A stretch of DNA of 64,000 nucleotides from Eledone cirrhosa (taxonomy: Eukaryota): positions 290,904,001-290,968,000 of the forward strand of contig OZ024741.1 in the NCBI GenBank assembly GCA_964016885.1, read 5' to 3'. Below the pieces are notes generated by a model, which searched no databases, had not been told where the DNA came from, and was given only the letters and a program-made list of their open reading frames with translations. Position 1 is the first letter of the stretch; every line of letters starts with the position of its first letter. Shown here piece after piece: positions 17,757-46,211 of the stretch. The position numbers and the translations under genes are program-made.

Positions 17757-17760
<4 letters not shown>
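17636..17760 (+). repeat. Partial unit of the 430-bp repeat fused head-to-head to the PLE fragment
   Basis: GCTTAATACGGGATGTTTGTTTACAAACACACCGAGC...CATACTTATA. Confidence 0.85.
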
Positions 17761-17792
<32 letters not shown>

Positions 17793-17819
17793 CATAATCA
17801 TATATATATATATATAAAT

Positions 17820-18152
17820 AGTTAGATTTGCGAGGTTTTTGATATGAAATTCAGTGAAAAGATGACGTAGAAAATACAATGCAACGGGAGAAACAATAGC
17901 ACCAATGACGATGTTGCAGATGTGCAACGAAAGAACTTTGATAGACTATATATATGTGTTTGTGACTATATTGTATCAATGATGCCATTGACTGACCGTT
18001 GGTCAGTCAATAGCAACATTGTGGATCGAATAAATTAAATTAACCGATATAAAAGACACAGAAGCGAAAAGCGAAAACCAACCAAACATTGAGTGTGTTC
18101 TGTTATTAATTCTGGCAATATTACACAGATATGACCCTCCCCACGTATAACA
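17820..18152. repeat. TA-embedded non-coding module with central 11-bp hairpin
   Basis: ATTGACTGACC-GTT-GGTCAGTCAAT at ~17987-18011; ends shared with 9897-10010. Confidence 0.6.
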
Positions 18153-18195
18153 ATATATATATATATACATAATTATATATATATATATATACATA

Positions 18196-18251
<56 letters not shown>

Positions 18252-18293
18252 ATCATATATATATATACATAATCATATATATATACATGATCA

Positions 18294-18347
<54 letters not shown>

Positions 18348-18376
18348 AAAGAATAGAGGTGTAACACACAAGTTAT

Positions 18377-18782
18377 TATATATTGGTAAACGGAATAGAA
18401 AATGCTGACAAATTGTTCACAGTTGAAAAAATGGTTTAATTAGGAATAAAAGAGTATTAGTGATTGTATGGGTTAGTATTCAGTTGTGGTTTTAAGTTTT
18501 TAAGTTTTTACCGGTTGCGCATTTCTAAATGCTTTTCAAAAATAATTTTGAGATAGAGTGTCCGTGCTGTTTGCTCTGATCAGAGCAAACAGCACGGACA
18601 CTCTATCTCAAAATTATTTTTGAAAAGCATTTAGAAATGCGCAACCGGTAAAAACTTAAAAACTTAAAACCACAACTGAATACTAACCCATACAATCACT
18701 AATACTCTTTTATTCCTAATTAAACCATTTTTTCAACTGTGAACAATTTGTCAGCATTTTCTATTCCGTTTACCAATATATA
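18377..18782. repeat. Perfect palindrome, ~203-bp arms, no spacer, embedded in (TA)n
   Basis: Centre CTGA|TCAG at 18579/18580; arms are reverse complements. Confidence 0.92.
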
Positions 18783-18827
18783 TATATATAATCATATATA
18801 TATATATATGCGTATATATATATATAC

Positions 18828-18870
<43 letters not shown>

Positions 18871-18915
18871 CATATATATATATATACATATATATATTTA
18901 TACATATATATATAC

Positions 18916-18961
<46 letters not shown>

Positions 18962-19025
18962 ATATATATATATATATAATCATATATATATATATACATA
19001 TATATATTTATACATATATATATAC

Positions 19026-19068
<43 letters not shown>

Positions 19069-19107
19069 TTTTGACTCGAAGTGTAAACATGGATCGCTTG
19101 ATATTGT

Positions 19108-19205
19108 TCTTCCTTGTTGATAATCCAATAATATCCACTTTCCGTGACTTACCATCTGATTAATTGGTGAAATATATTTCTTTAATGAAATATATACAGG
19201 GAAGA
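19108..19205 (+). ncRNA. Type I hammerhead motif with U3-A8 variant core
   Basis: TCTTCCTTG-TTGATAA-T[CCAAT..ATTGG]T-GAAA-TATATTTC/GAAATATA-TA-CAGGGAAGA. Confidence 0.65.
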
Positions 19206-19373
19206 TTAATCATTAAAAGGTATATATTTTTGAGGTTCTAGTTAACTTTATTTATCTGTTACCTACTAGCCATGCGTGGTTACACGCTTGTAAAAATTAT
19301 CTCCTGTGATTTTTCATGTTTATATGTATTTATATATATGTTGATCAATTCCTAGTTATTATTATATATATAC

Positions 19374-19466
<93 letters not shown>

Positions 19467-19537
19467 TATACATATATATATATATACATATACATATATA
19501 TACATATAGATACATATATAGATACATATATATATAC

Positions 19538-19630
<93 letters not shown>

Positions 19631-19643
19631 CATATATATATAA

Positions 19644-19773
<130 letters not shown>

Positions 19774-19775
19774 GC

Positions 19776-19810
<35 letters not shown>

Positions 19811-19811
19811 C

Positions 19812-19882
<71 letters not shown>

Positions 19883-19921
19883 CATATATATATACATATA
19901 TATACATATATATATATATAC

Positions 19922-20108
<187 letters not shown>

Positions 20109-20115
20109 AATAAAT

Positions 20116-20164
<49 letters not shown>

Positions 20165-20168
<4 letters not shown>

Positions 20169-20504
20169 TAAGATCAAAAGATGGTTAAAGGAGTTCAATA
20201 TATTTTATTATGCGCATTTCAAAAACAAACATCATCAAACAATAATATTTGTGTTTTCATCAGATAAAACAGGAGAACATGATATGAAGGCTAAAAAAAC
20301 ACTTGTTGATAGTGCAGTTTTAAATCAACATATCATTATGTTGATTTAAAACTGCACTATCAACAAGTGTTTTTTTAGCCTTCATATCATGTTCTCCTGT
20401 TTTATCTGATGAAAACACAAATATTATTGTTTGATGATGTTTGTTTTTGAAATGCGCATAATAAAATATATTGAACTCCTTTAACCATCTTTTGATCTTA
20501 TATT
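20165..20504. repeat. Palindrome (168-bp arms, 4-nt loop) built from the 3' pLTR of the PLE at 6571-8848; hammerheads at 20400-20466 (+) and 20203-20269 (-)
   Basis: Right arm almost identical to ~8683-8848 and extends ~85 bp further to ~20590. Confidence 0.92.
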
Positions 20505-20592
20505 ATGCATACTCCAGTCCCACAAACTGTAGAGTGCTTCTTATCCGATATCTGCATTGCTTTATTGTACTACAATAAAACTCACCTCCTAC

Positions 20593-20883
<291 letters not shown>

Positions 20884-20916
20884 AATATATATACATATAC
20901 ATATATATAAATATAT

Positions 20917-24780
<3,864 letters not shown>

Positions 24781-24782
24781 AC

Positions 24783-25385
24783 ATGGTGGCTGCCAACTCG
24801 TTTTCGAGTACGGCCACCACTTTATATCCATGTAGGAGAACCCCTACCGATGCGCTGAAAAAGTGTGACTCTTTAGTCCAGCCAGCGACTTGAACACTCT
24901 GGTATAAACACTACACTTGTGACAATTATTGACACATAGTGCTGGGCCCATGGTACCATGTGACGACAAGTGCAGAGACATCTCCAGATATAAAGCAATG
25001 CCTGTGCCGTGAAGCTTTTATAGTGAGCAAAGGCACTGCACAAAGCCAGTCCCACTCTCTTAACCAAGATGATATTTACCAAAAAGAAGAACAAGTCAAC
25101 ATCATTGGATACCATCAGGGTTGCAGGTGTTATATCAGAGTTTTCCTTCTCCTAGAATTCTGCCTTGACAAAGGCTAAGGGTTCATCTCTCCCGGTGATT
25201 TTGGATGGCCATTGACTCTTAAGAGGTCCTTTGCCCTTTGACAGGTTTTGTTTTTAGTCCTGCAGGATGTCCAAAGTCACCCTCCTCACCAAGAAACCTT
25301 GGTGGGGTTGCCAGTTTAGTCGCCAACGACCCGACCATGAGACAGGTTGTACTGGGATACATGTTACCAGTAGCACCAACTGGTG
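24783..25385 (-). mobile_element. Bipartite RTE-derived non-autonomous retroelement (~600 bp), full copy
   Basis: RTE-like 5'UTR motif TCTAGGAGAAGGAAAACTCTGA, 3' remnant encoding [12 protein letters not shown], (ATGT)n tail; further fragments at 25682-25741 and 26512-26646, diverged relative at ~26190-26375. Confidence 0.7.
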
Positions 25386-25879
25386 CTATATGGATATACA
25401 TATACATACATACATACATGTGCATACATTCATATGCATACATACATATACATATACATACATATATATATACATATATACATATATACATACATATATA
25501 CATACATATATATATATATACACACATATATATATATACATATATATATATACATATATATATACATACACATATATATATACATAATTATATATATACA
25601 TATATACATACACATATATATATACATAATTATATATATACATACATACATATACATAAATACATATACATACATATATATATGGTGGCTGCCTGAAGGA
25701 TGTCCAAAGTCCCCCTCCTCACCAAGAAACCTTGGTGGGGATGCACATATATACCTACATACACACATACATACACACATACCTACATACACAGATACAT
25801 ACCTACATATATACATAGATACATACATACCTACATATATAAACACAATAATTCATTTTCTCCGACATATATATATACA

Positions 25880-25911
<32 letters not shown>

Positions 25912-25990
25912 CATACACATACATATACATACATACATACATATCGAGTATGACCATTGCACGATATAACATTATTTATAATTATCATTT

Positions 25991-26173
25991 AATTGTTTCT
26001 ACTTTTTGGCACAGCAATTATTCCAGTACATTACTGGTACTTTATTTTATCGACCCCGTAAGGATGAAAGGCAAAGTTAACCTCGGCGGGAGTTGAACTC
26101 AGATCGTAAAGGGACGTAACTATGCTGGAAAGCATAATCCAACCCTCTACCGATACTGCCAATTCACCGCCCT
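25991..26173 (-). mobile_element. tRNA-derived SINE (Deu/Nin-like)
   Basis: Matches 6182-6373. Confidence 0.8.
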
Positions 26174-26839
26174 TATAATTATCAATTAATGCCAGTGTGC
26201 AATGCCTCTGCGTGATGATTTCCTTTTTTAAAGTGAGGAAAGACTATGCACTGAGCCAATCCCACTCTTTGGGAGACTGTAGCTATAACCCGAAAAGAAG
26301 AAAAGATCAACATCATCGGTAACTACAGTTTCCTGAGTTGCCTTCTAGGAGAATACCTTGACAAATGCTAGAGGTCCTTCGCTCCCATTGGTTTAACCGC
26401 GCGATCGCGTATCCAGCCCAATTATTTATAAGTCCCCGCCCATATACATATACATGCATACATGTATATATACATATATACATAGACACATGTATATACA
26501 TATTTACAAACTTTTGGAGGGCCGTTGACTCTTATGAGTTCTTTGTCAGGTTTTGTTTTCTGTCCTGCAGGGTGTCCAAAAAAGACCTCCTCTAATAAAC
26601 TTGGTGGAGTCACCGGTTTAGTCACCGACGACCCGACCATGCGACATATATATCTCTATATACATACATATATACACATATGTACATACATACATATACA
26701 TATATATTATATATATATATGTATATATATTATTAGCACAGATTCTTTGTGTGTGTATGTGTGGATAAGTTTCTCAATTGGCTGACAGCTAAGTCTTAAC
26801 TCGAAATTTGAGGAAAGACAGTGTGTATATTTATTTACG

Positions 26840-26960
26840 AAGGTTTCGTGCAGTTTCTATCTGTTAAATTTCACTTACAAATTATTGGTGAACGTCAGGC
26901 TACAGTATAAGTCACTCGCCCGAGTAGCCAGGCAGCCTGATTGAACTAGAAACCGTAAAC
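26840..26960 (-). mobile_element. Degenerate second SINE family (CORE-like)
   Basis: CACTCGCCCGAG..GATTGAACTAGAAACC resembles a CORE/B-box reverse complement; highly diverged. Confidence 0.35.
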
Positions 26961-27156
26961 AATTTATTGCAAATATTCGCACTTCTCAAATTAATTATTA
27001 TGTGGACATACATTTACGGAGACCAAGTGAACCGCTCACCTTGCAGAGTTCGCTACTCCCTTCCATACACAATAGTCACATTAATTAGAAAAATATTCAG
27101 AGCAGCTTATGTTTATGCAATGGAAGAATGCGATGAAAATGTGATATTAATAACAT

Positions 27157-28155
27157 TGGTTCCTATTTTAGGCACATGAATTTGTTGAAGATAAAATTCG
27201 ATTATAATGATTTCAATACTTTTATGGTGTTTTATTTTATCGACCTGGAAAGATGAAAGGCATGCTTTACCTCGGCGTGATTTGAACACTGGACATAAAG
27301 AGAAGGAAAAAGCGCAATAATTCATTTTCTCCGATGCTATAGCAATTCTAGCAATTCACAGCTTACCTAATGATAATGAAGCAGATTTCTAATTGTGGGG
27401 CAATTATAGCTATTGGTAGACAGAAAATTTGATCGAATTACGTGACTAGTACTGTATTTTATCGACACCGGATAGAAAATGGGAAAAGATAACCTCAGAG
27501 GAATTTGAACATAGAATTAAAAACCCGGAACATACACCGCAAAGTGTATTGCCAGCAATTCTGTTAATTCATAATGCTTAATGATGATAGTAAAAATAAT
27601 AATACTTATTAAATTTGCTACAATCACATGAATTCGAATTTTCAATATAGATCGTAAATTTTATTATGTTATTGCCCTTGTTGTGGATAACCATTGTGTT
27701 ATACAAGTATATTTACCATTGTTGCTGATAGTAAAAACAAAAACGTTATAAACGGCTACACCATTGCATTCACCAATTTTTTGCTTTCTTTCCTTTTATT
27801 ATAAGGTGTTTCCCGTGCGAATCTCTCTGCTGAAAGACAGTGAATTTTCCTTTTTTGCTGTTAAAATTTTAAGATATTTTCTTCCTTTTAAAGTCCTGCA
27901 TTCTACTGCACAGAGAGTTCAGCATACATGAAAAATCTATCAAAGTAAAATACTAATAGATTTTGATTCAGGCACAACGCCAACAACGTGTGGGGAAAGG
28001 GAAAGTCGATTAATTCGAATCCAGTGCGTTACTGGTACTTTATTTTATCGACCCCGTAAGAAAGAAAGGCAAAGCTTACCCTCAGCAGGATTTGAATTAA
28101 GAAAGTAAATGTTGTGAAGCAGCATATATGGAAGAACAATTTCTAAAATCTGCCA
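27157..28155 (-). mobile_element. Three degenerate tRNA-SINE copies (~27157-27365, ~27385-27570, ~27958-28155)
   Basis: TTTTATCGAC...ACCTC.G.GG.ATTTGAA motifs. Confidence 0.65.
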
Positions 28156-28499
28156 ATGAAAAAAAAACCTTCCACTAACGAAGGCCAGCAAAAAATATTT
28201 CAAGGCAGAACATATAATTACTATAAAAAAATATTTCACTCAAAATTTACAGAAATGAATCGTTGGTGTATGATATATGTACCCTTAACTGGATAACAAA
28301 AATAATAAAGTAAAATTAATAATAAAAGAAAAATTTGTCATTTATTTATATATATAAATTGATATATTTCACATAGGATGTCTTTGCTTCCATATTTTTT
28401 ACATGATGAATATTAATAATATTTGAATTATAATTGTCTGCTTTGTAAGTAATTGCAGCTATAGCTTTCTCTATTCTCCTTAGTTTTGCCTCAATAGCA

Positions 28500-33979
<5,480 letters not shown>

Positions 33980-34433
33980 ATGGTGGCTGCCAACTCGTTT
34001 TCGAGTACGGCCACCACTTTATATCCATGTAGGAGAACCCCTACCGATGCGCTGAAAAAGTGTGACTCTTTAGTCCAGCCAGCGACTTGAAAACTCTGGT
34101 ATAAACACTACACTTGTGACAATTATTGACACATAGTGCTGGGCCCATGGTACCATGTGACGACAAGTGCAGAGACATCTCCAGATATAAAGCAATGCCT
34201 GTGGCGTGAAGCTTTTATAGTGAGCAAAGGCACTGCACAAAGCCAGTCCCACTCTCTTAACCAAGATGATATTTACCAAAAAGAAGAACAAGTCAACATC
34301 ATTGGATACCATCAGCGTTGCAGGTGTTATATCAGAGTTTTCCTTCTCCTAGAATTCTGCCTTGACAGAGGCTAAGTGGTCAACTCTCCTGGTGATTTTG
34401 GATGGCCATTGACTCTTAAGAGCTCCTTTGCCC
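33980..34433 (-). mobile_element. Bipartite RTE-derived element, 5'-truncated copy
   Basis: Near-identical to 24783-25235. Confidence 0.75.
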
Positions 34434-42050
<7,617 letters not shown>

Positions 42051-42749
42051 GAAACGTTTTTAGTTTTGCTATTTTATTTGATATCTGTTGTAAAAAAAAA
42101 TATTCAAAGCCAAACTGCAAGTGAAGTTTTCCGCAAAGTTCCTCTCGAATGTCCATATTATGACGTTGCTATCATGGTTTCTTGGAAGCAAAGTCCAATT
42201 TTTATTCGCCATTGGCATGACTTCATCACAGTGGTGTATCATTCGACGTTGATTCATATCGATTCTCTTTCTAATCTTTATTTGGAGATTAGGTTTTATT
42301 TCCACACACCTGTACGATCGTATTGTAATAAACTTACTTATTCTACTTATCAACGTTTTTCTCATTCTCATCACCATCGTCATTGGGGACATCATCATCA
42401 GCAATATGTTCATTATAAACGATCTCATCTTCAAAATGAAGTATATACCATCATCACAATCATCATAAGTTATTGAATATTGTCACTTGCAAATTAGTAA
42501 TTATTAAAATATAATGCTTGAGTGATATTTGTTGCTGTGTTCTATCTTCCATATATATTTCCCCTTCTCGTGTTCTCATTTAGTTAGTTAATTAATTATT
42601 TTATACATATACATATATAACATATACATATGCTCTTTCATTTTAGCATACGTATATATTTTCTTTTGTCTATTTTTCACTTTTTTGTTTTTTTTTTGTT
42701 TTTTGTATAATCATTTTTATTTTCCTATCGGCCTCAAATCTTTTTAAGT

Positions 42750-43028
42750 CTATCTCGTAACTGATTTGTGATCTGTCTTTCTTTTCAATGTCGATAGGAA
42801 AATCGTGTCTTTAATTGGGGAAAAATTCTGTTGTTTTTTTGGGATGTCTTTAACTCGAAGATAGAACTCGAAACACTTTCGCCTCTGCGTGCTGTATTTG
42901 TGACCTCGTAAAGGACGGCCATCTTTGCGGAATCCAACTGCCCACCGTTGATATGACGCTAATTGGAATATATAAGTTCCGTTCATCATTCTTGCGACAA
43001 ATATACATTGGTATATCTTGGGATTTCT
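42750..43028 (-). CDS. Fibroblast growth factor (FGF8/17/18-like) last coding exon
   Basis: Acceptor ttcttcctacag, phase 0; RNPKIYQCIFVARMMNGTYIFQLASYQRWAVGFRKDGRPLRG..KCFEFYLR..*; FGF C-terminal strands (C.F, W..GF..DGRP..G). Confidence 0.85.
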   Translation of the reverse strand, partial: RNPKIYQCIFVARMMNGTYIFQLASYQRWAVGFRKDGRPLRGHKYSTQRRKCFEFYLRVKDIPKKQQNFSPIKDTIFLSTLKRKTDHKSVTR

Positions 43029-43090
43029 CTGTAGGAAGAAGATAAAAAATTAAAATATTAATAATAATAATATTAATAATAATATTAATA

Positions 43091-43540
43091 ATTATTTCTA
43101 CTTTTGCACAAGGCCAACAATTAGCCAGTACATTACTGGTACTTTATTTTATCGACCCCGTAAGGATGAAAGGCAAAGTTAACCTCGGCGGGATTTGAAT
43201 TCAGATCGTAAAAGGACGTAACTCTTTGCGTCAAAGCATGGCGTCCGACCCTCCACTGATACTGCCAATCCACCGCCCTATAATAATATTAATAATTGTT
43301 TCTACTTTTGGCACAAGGCCAGCAATTACCCAGTGTATTACTGGTACTTTATTTTATCGACCCCATAAGGATGAAAGGCAAAGTTAACCTCGGCGGGATT
43401 TGAACTCAGAATGGCAAGGGCCGTAACTCTATACGTTGAAGCATGGCGTCCGATCCTCTACCGATACTGCCAATTCTTTCTACTTTAGGCAAAAGACCAT
43501 CAACTTTGGAAGAAGGTTAAGTCGATTAAATCGACTCCAG
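43091..43540 (-). mobile_element. Tandem tRNA-SINE copies (43091-43280, 43294-43475, plus partial)
   Basis: Match 6182-6373. Confidence 0.8.
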
Positions 43541-43712
43541 TGCTGGTCCTTAACCTCATACCCTTGTCCCTCATACAGCGAAAAGTGAATGCAGGATACA
43601 AGCTGGGAAGAGGAGAGTTTACCACCAACCACCTTCTCTTCCTGGACGATCTAAAACTCTTTGGAAATGTGAGAAAGAGTTGGATGTACTTGTTAACACA
43701 TATTTTCAGCAA

Positions 43713-44189
43713 CGATATATATATATATATTTTTTTTTTCTCTCTCAGTACCTTTTATAGTTTTACCCTTCATTGTTCTACTTACCGTTTCGACCTCCCC
43801 CCCCCCCCCCCAGTATCTTTGACCTCACACCCAGCTGTAGTTGGCACTACCAATGCATGAATGGGTCTACTCCACCCCCTCTCCCTTTTTCTCCTACCGG
43901 CAGGTTTAGCTACCCCTTCCCCCACCAATTTGCCATCACAGATTTACTACTAACTTGTGATGTGACCAATCCTGGTGATTATCTCTTTGACCATATATGG
44001 AATTACCCCTTGATAAGCTCGGCTATTTAAATACCAGAATAAATTTTCATTCAGTACCGAATTAGCCGTCGAAACGGCTTGAGCTCAGCCGTCGGGGTCT
44101 TACTTGTTCCTATTACCCACTCTACTACCCTAAGTATTGAGTACCTTGGTATGTTATGGTCCACCTGGTTCCTTACCACATTTCCTTCG

Positions 44190-44224
<35 letters not shown>
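43713..44224 (+). mobile_element. PLE-type 3' pLTR fragment with (TA)n flanks nested in the LINE
   Basis: Hammerhead at 44005-44098 and downstream CTCTACTACCC..GAGTAC motif, also seen at ~58440-58520. Confidence 0.6.
44005..44098 (+). ncRNA. Type I hammerhead motif with U3-A8 variant core
   Basis: ACCCC-TTGATAA-[CGGCTA..TAGCCG]-GAAA-CGGCT/AGCCG-TC-GGGGT. Confidence 0.6.
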
Positions 44225-44227
<3 letters not shown>

Positions 44228-45556
44228 TTTGGTGTTAATAAGTGTGGAGTCCTATTGATGAAGAGGGGTAAATTGAATAGAAGCAACGGAATCAAGGTAC
44301 TAATATGTGAGATGATAAAAGAAATTGACACTAAAGAGGGATACAAATATTTGGGTGTTCTGAAGGCAGATGACATCAAGAACAATAAAATGAAGGAATT
44401 GATAAGATGTGAATACACAAGGAGAGTTAGGAACATACTAAAATCACATCTAAATAGTAGGAATTCCATAAGTGCAGTAGATTCCTGAGCTGTGTCTATT
44501 ATTAGGTACAGTGTGGGAATTCTGAAATAGAATGTTACTGAACAAAAGGAAACGGATAGAAAGACTAGGAAGCTAATGATTATCTACAGCATGTTCCATA
44601 AGAGGAGTGATGTTGATAGACTCTACTTAAAGAGATCTGAAGGTGGAAGAGGTCTTACCAGCATAAAGGACTGTGTTCAGATGGAGAAAATCAGTCTGCA
44701 CAAATATGTGTCTGAGAGTATGGAGCCAATGCTCAAAGTTGTACTGAAGGATAAAACAATAGACCAGGGGATGTCCAAGGGGAAAGTAACAACAAAAAGG
44801 GAGAGCAACCTTCATGAAAAATCCCTTGATAGCACCTTCTTTAAGAAAACCGAATTCAGAGATCCTCAGACATGGAGCTGGTTAAAAAGAGGAGACCTTA
44901 ATAAAGCTACAGAAGGAATGCTAATGGCTGCACAAGTGCAAGCCCTCACAACAAAATGGGTGAAACACCATATTGACAAGAAGGAGGCTAGCTCACTGTG
45001 TAGGATCTGTGGTGAGAGAGAGAGAGATGAGACTGTGACTCACATCGTATCCGAGTTGAAACACCTAGCCCAGACTCATATAAAGGCTGGAGGCATGATA
45101 TAATAGGAAACGTGATTCACTGGCATTTATGAAAACTAAATAATTTACCACCTTCTGAGAAGTGGTATGAGCATAAGCCAGAGTCGGTGATAGAAAGGGT
45201 CAAGTGAGGGTGTTATGAGATTTCAGGATACAGACAGACAAGAAATTAGAACAATAAGCCTGACCTGGTACCTTTTGACAAGGAAAAAAGATCATGCCCG
45301 ATTGTAGATGTAGCCTGCCCCTATGACACAAGAGTGCAAGAAAAGGAGAAGGAAAAAATACAGGCGCACGCTCAGAGCAGGCCCATCCATTCGGGCCATT
45401 CTCGCCTCTTTCACTCAACTTCCATCAAATTGCTTCCTTCTCCACCCTGATTTTCCTCTTCAAGTGAAATTTAAAGAAGATAATTAGGGGATCGCCGAAA
45501 AGGAAAGTCGTCAGCCTTTCCAGACGCATCATCCATACGACCTCTTTTGCGATTAT

Positions 45557-45745
45557 AGTGGATTGGCAGTATCGGTAGAAGGTCGGACACCATGCTTTGC
45601 CGCAAAGAGTTACGGCCCTTTATGGTCTGAGTTCAAATCCCACCGAGGTTAACTTTGCCTTTCATCCTTACGAGGTCGATTAAATAAAATACCAGTAATA
45701 CACTGGGAAAATTGCTGGCTTTGTACCAAAAGTAGAAACAATAAT
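45557..45745 (+). mobile_element. tRNA-derived SINE (Deu/Nin-like)
   Basis: TGGCAGTATCGG, GAGTTCAAATCC. Confidence 0.8.
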
Positions 45746-46110
45746 AATTTATTATGTGCGCTGTAAAGGTAAAACGTGACAAAAAGAAAAATTACCGAGG
45801 CAGAAAATAAGGGAGAGAATTTGGAATTTCAGCAATATTTTCCATCCCATTGAAATACGATTCTTACATATAGAGGTCGATAATTAAATGTTTGACTGAA
45901 GATTTTCGATATGGAATTGCAAGCTTATTTGCTCTCTACAGTAAGTAACACACAAAAAGCGCTAGATACCTACCGCTACAGTAGAGAGCTTTAAGTACCG
46001 GTCGAGGAATAAACAAATGCCGAGTTAACAGACTACGTTTTGTAGCACAAACTTTTTTAAAGGAATGGAAGCTAGCAGTAAAATAAAAGAAAGAATTATT
46101 AAATACTTAC

Positions 46111-46211
46111 TCGCAATATGAGTCGTCCGTTTTTACTAAAACACATGAATTTATTTTCTGTTCCTCGTATTCGTACCATTCCAAGTGGGCCATATTGTAT
46201 CGTTAAACTGG
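46111..46211 (-). CDS. FGF middle core exon (101 nt, phase 1 to phase 0)
   Basis: tag| acceptor and |gtaagt donor; xSLTIQYGPLGMVRIRGTENKFMCFSKNGRLILR (V.IRG...CF..NG.L); joins 43028 in frame; size and phase fit the canonical FGF exon 2. Confidence 0.88.

Larger units (their letters stand above)
43541..45360 (+). mobile_element. Dong/R4-clade LINE remnant (RT C-terminus, CCHC, RLE), interrupted at ~43713-44224
   Basis: NHLLFLDDLKLFG, FGVNKC, GYKYLGV, SDVDRLYLKRSEGGRGL, TEGMLMAAQ.QAL, CRICG..ETVTHIVS, WYEHKPE, DFRIQTD. Confidence 0.85.

Noticed and set aside
24873-25178. 79-80 aa ORFs repeated three times (also 34070-34375 and 58706-59002)
   Set aside because: Conservation simply reflects young copies of a non-coding retroelement; no domain motif
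42066-42476. 121-aa (-) and 136-aa (+) ORFs
   Set aside because: Lie in the probable FGF 3' UTR, driven by (CAT)n low complexity; no recognisable motifs
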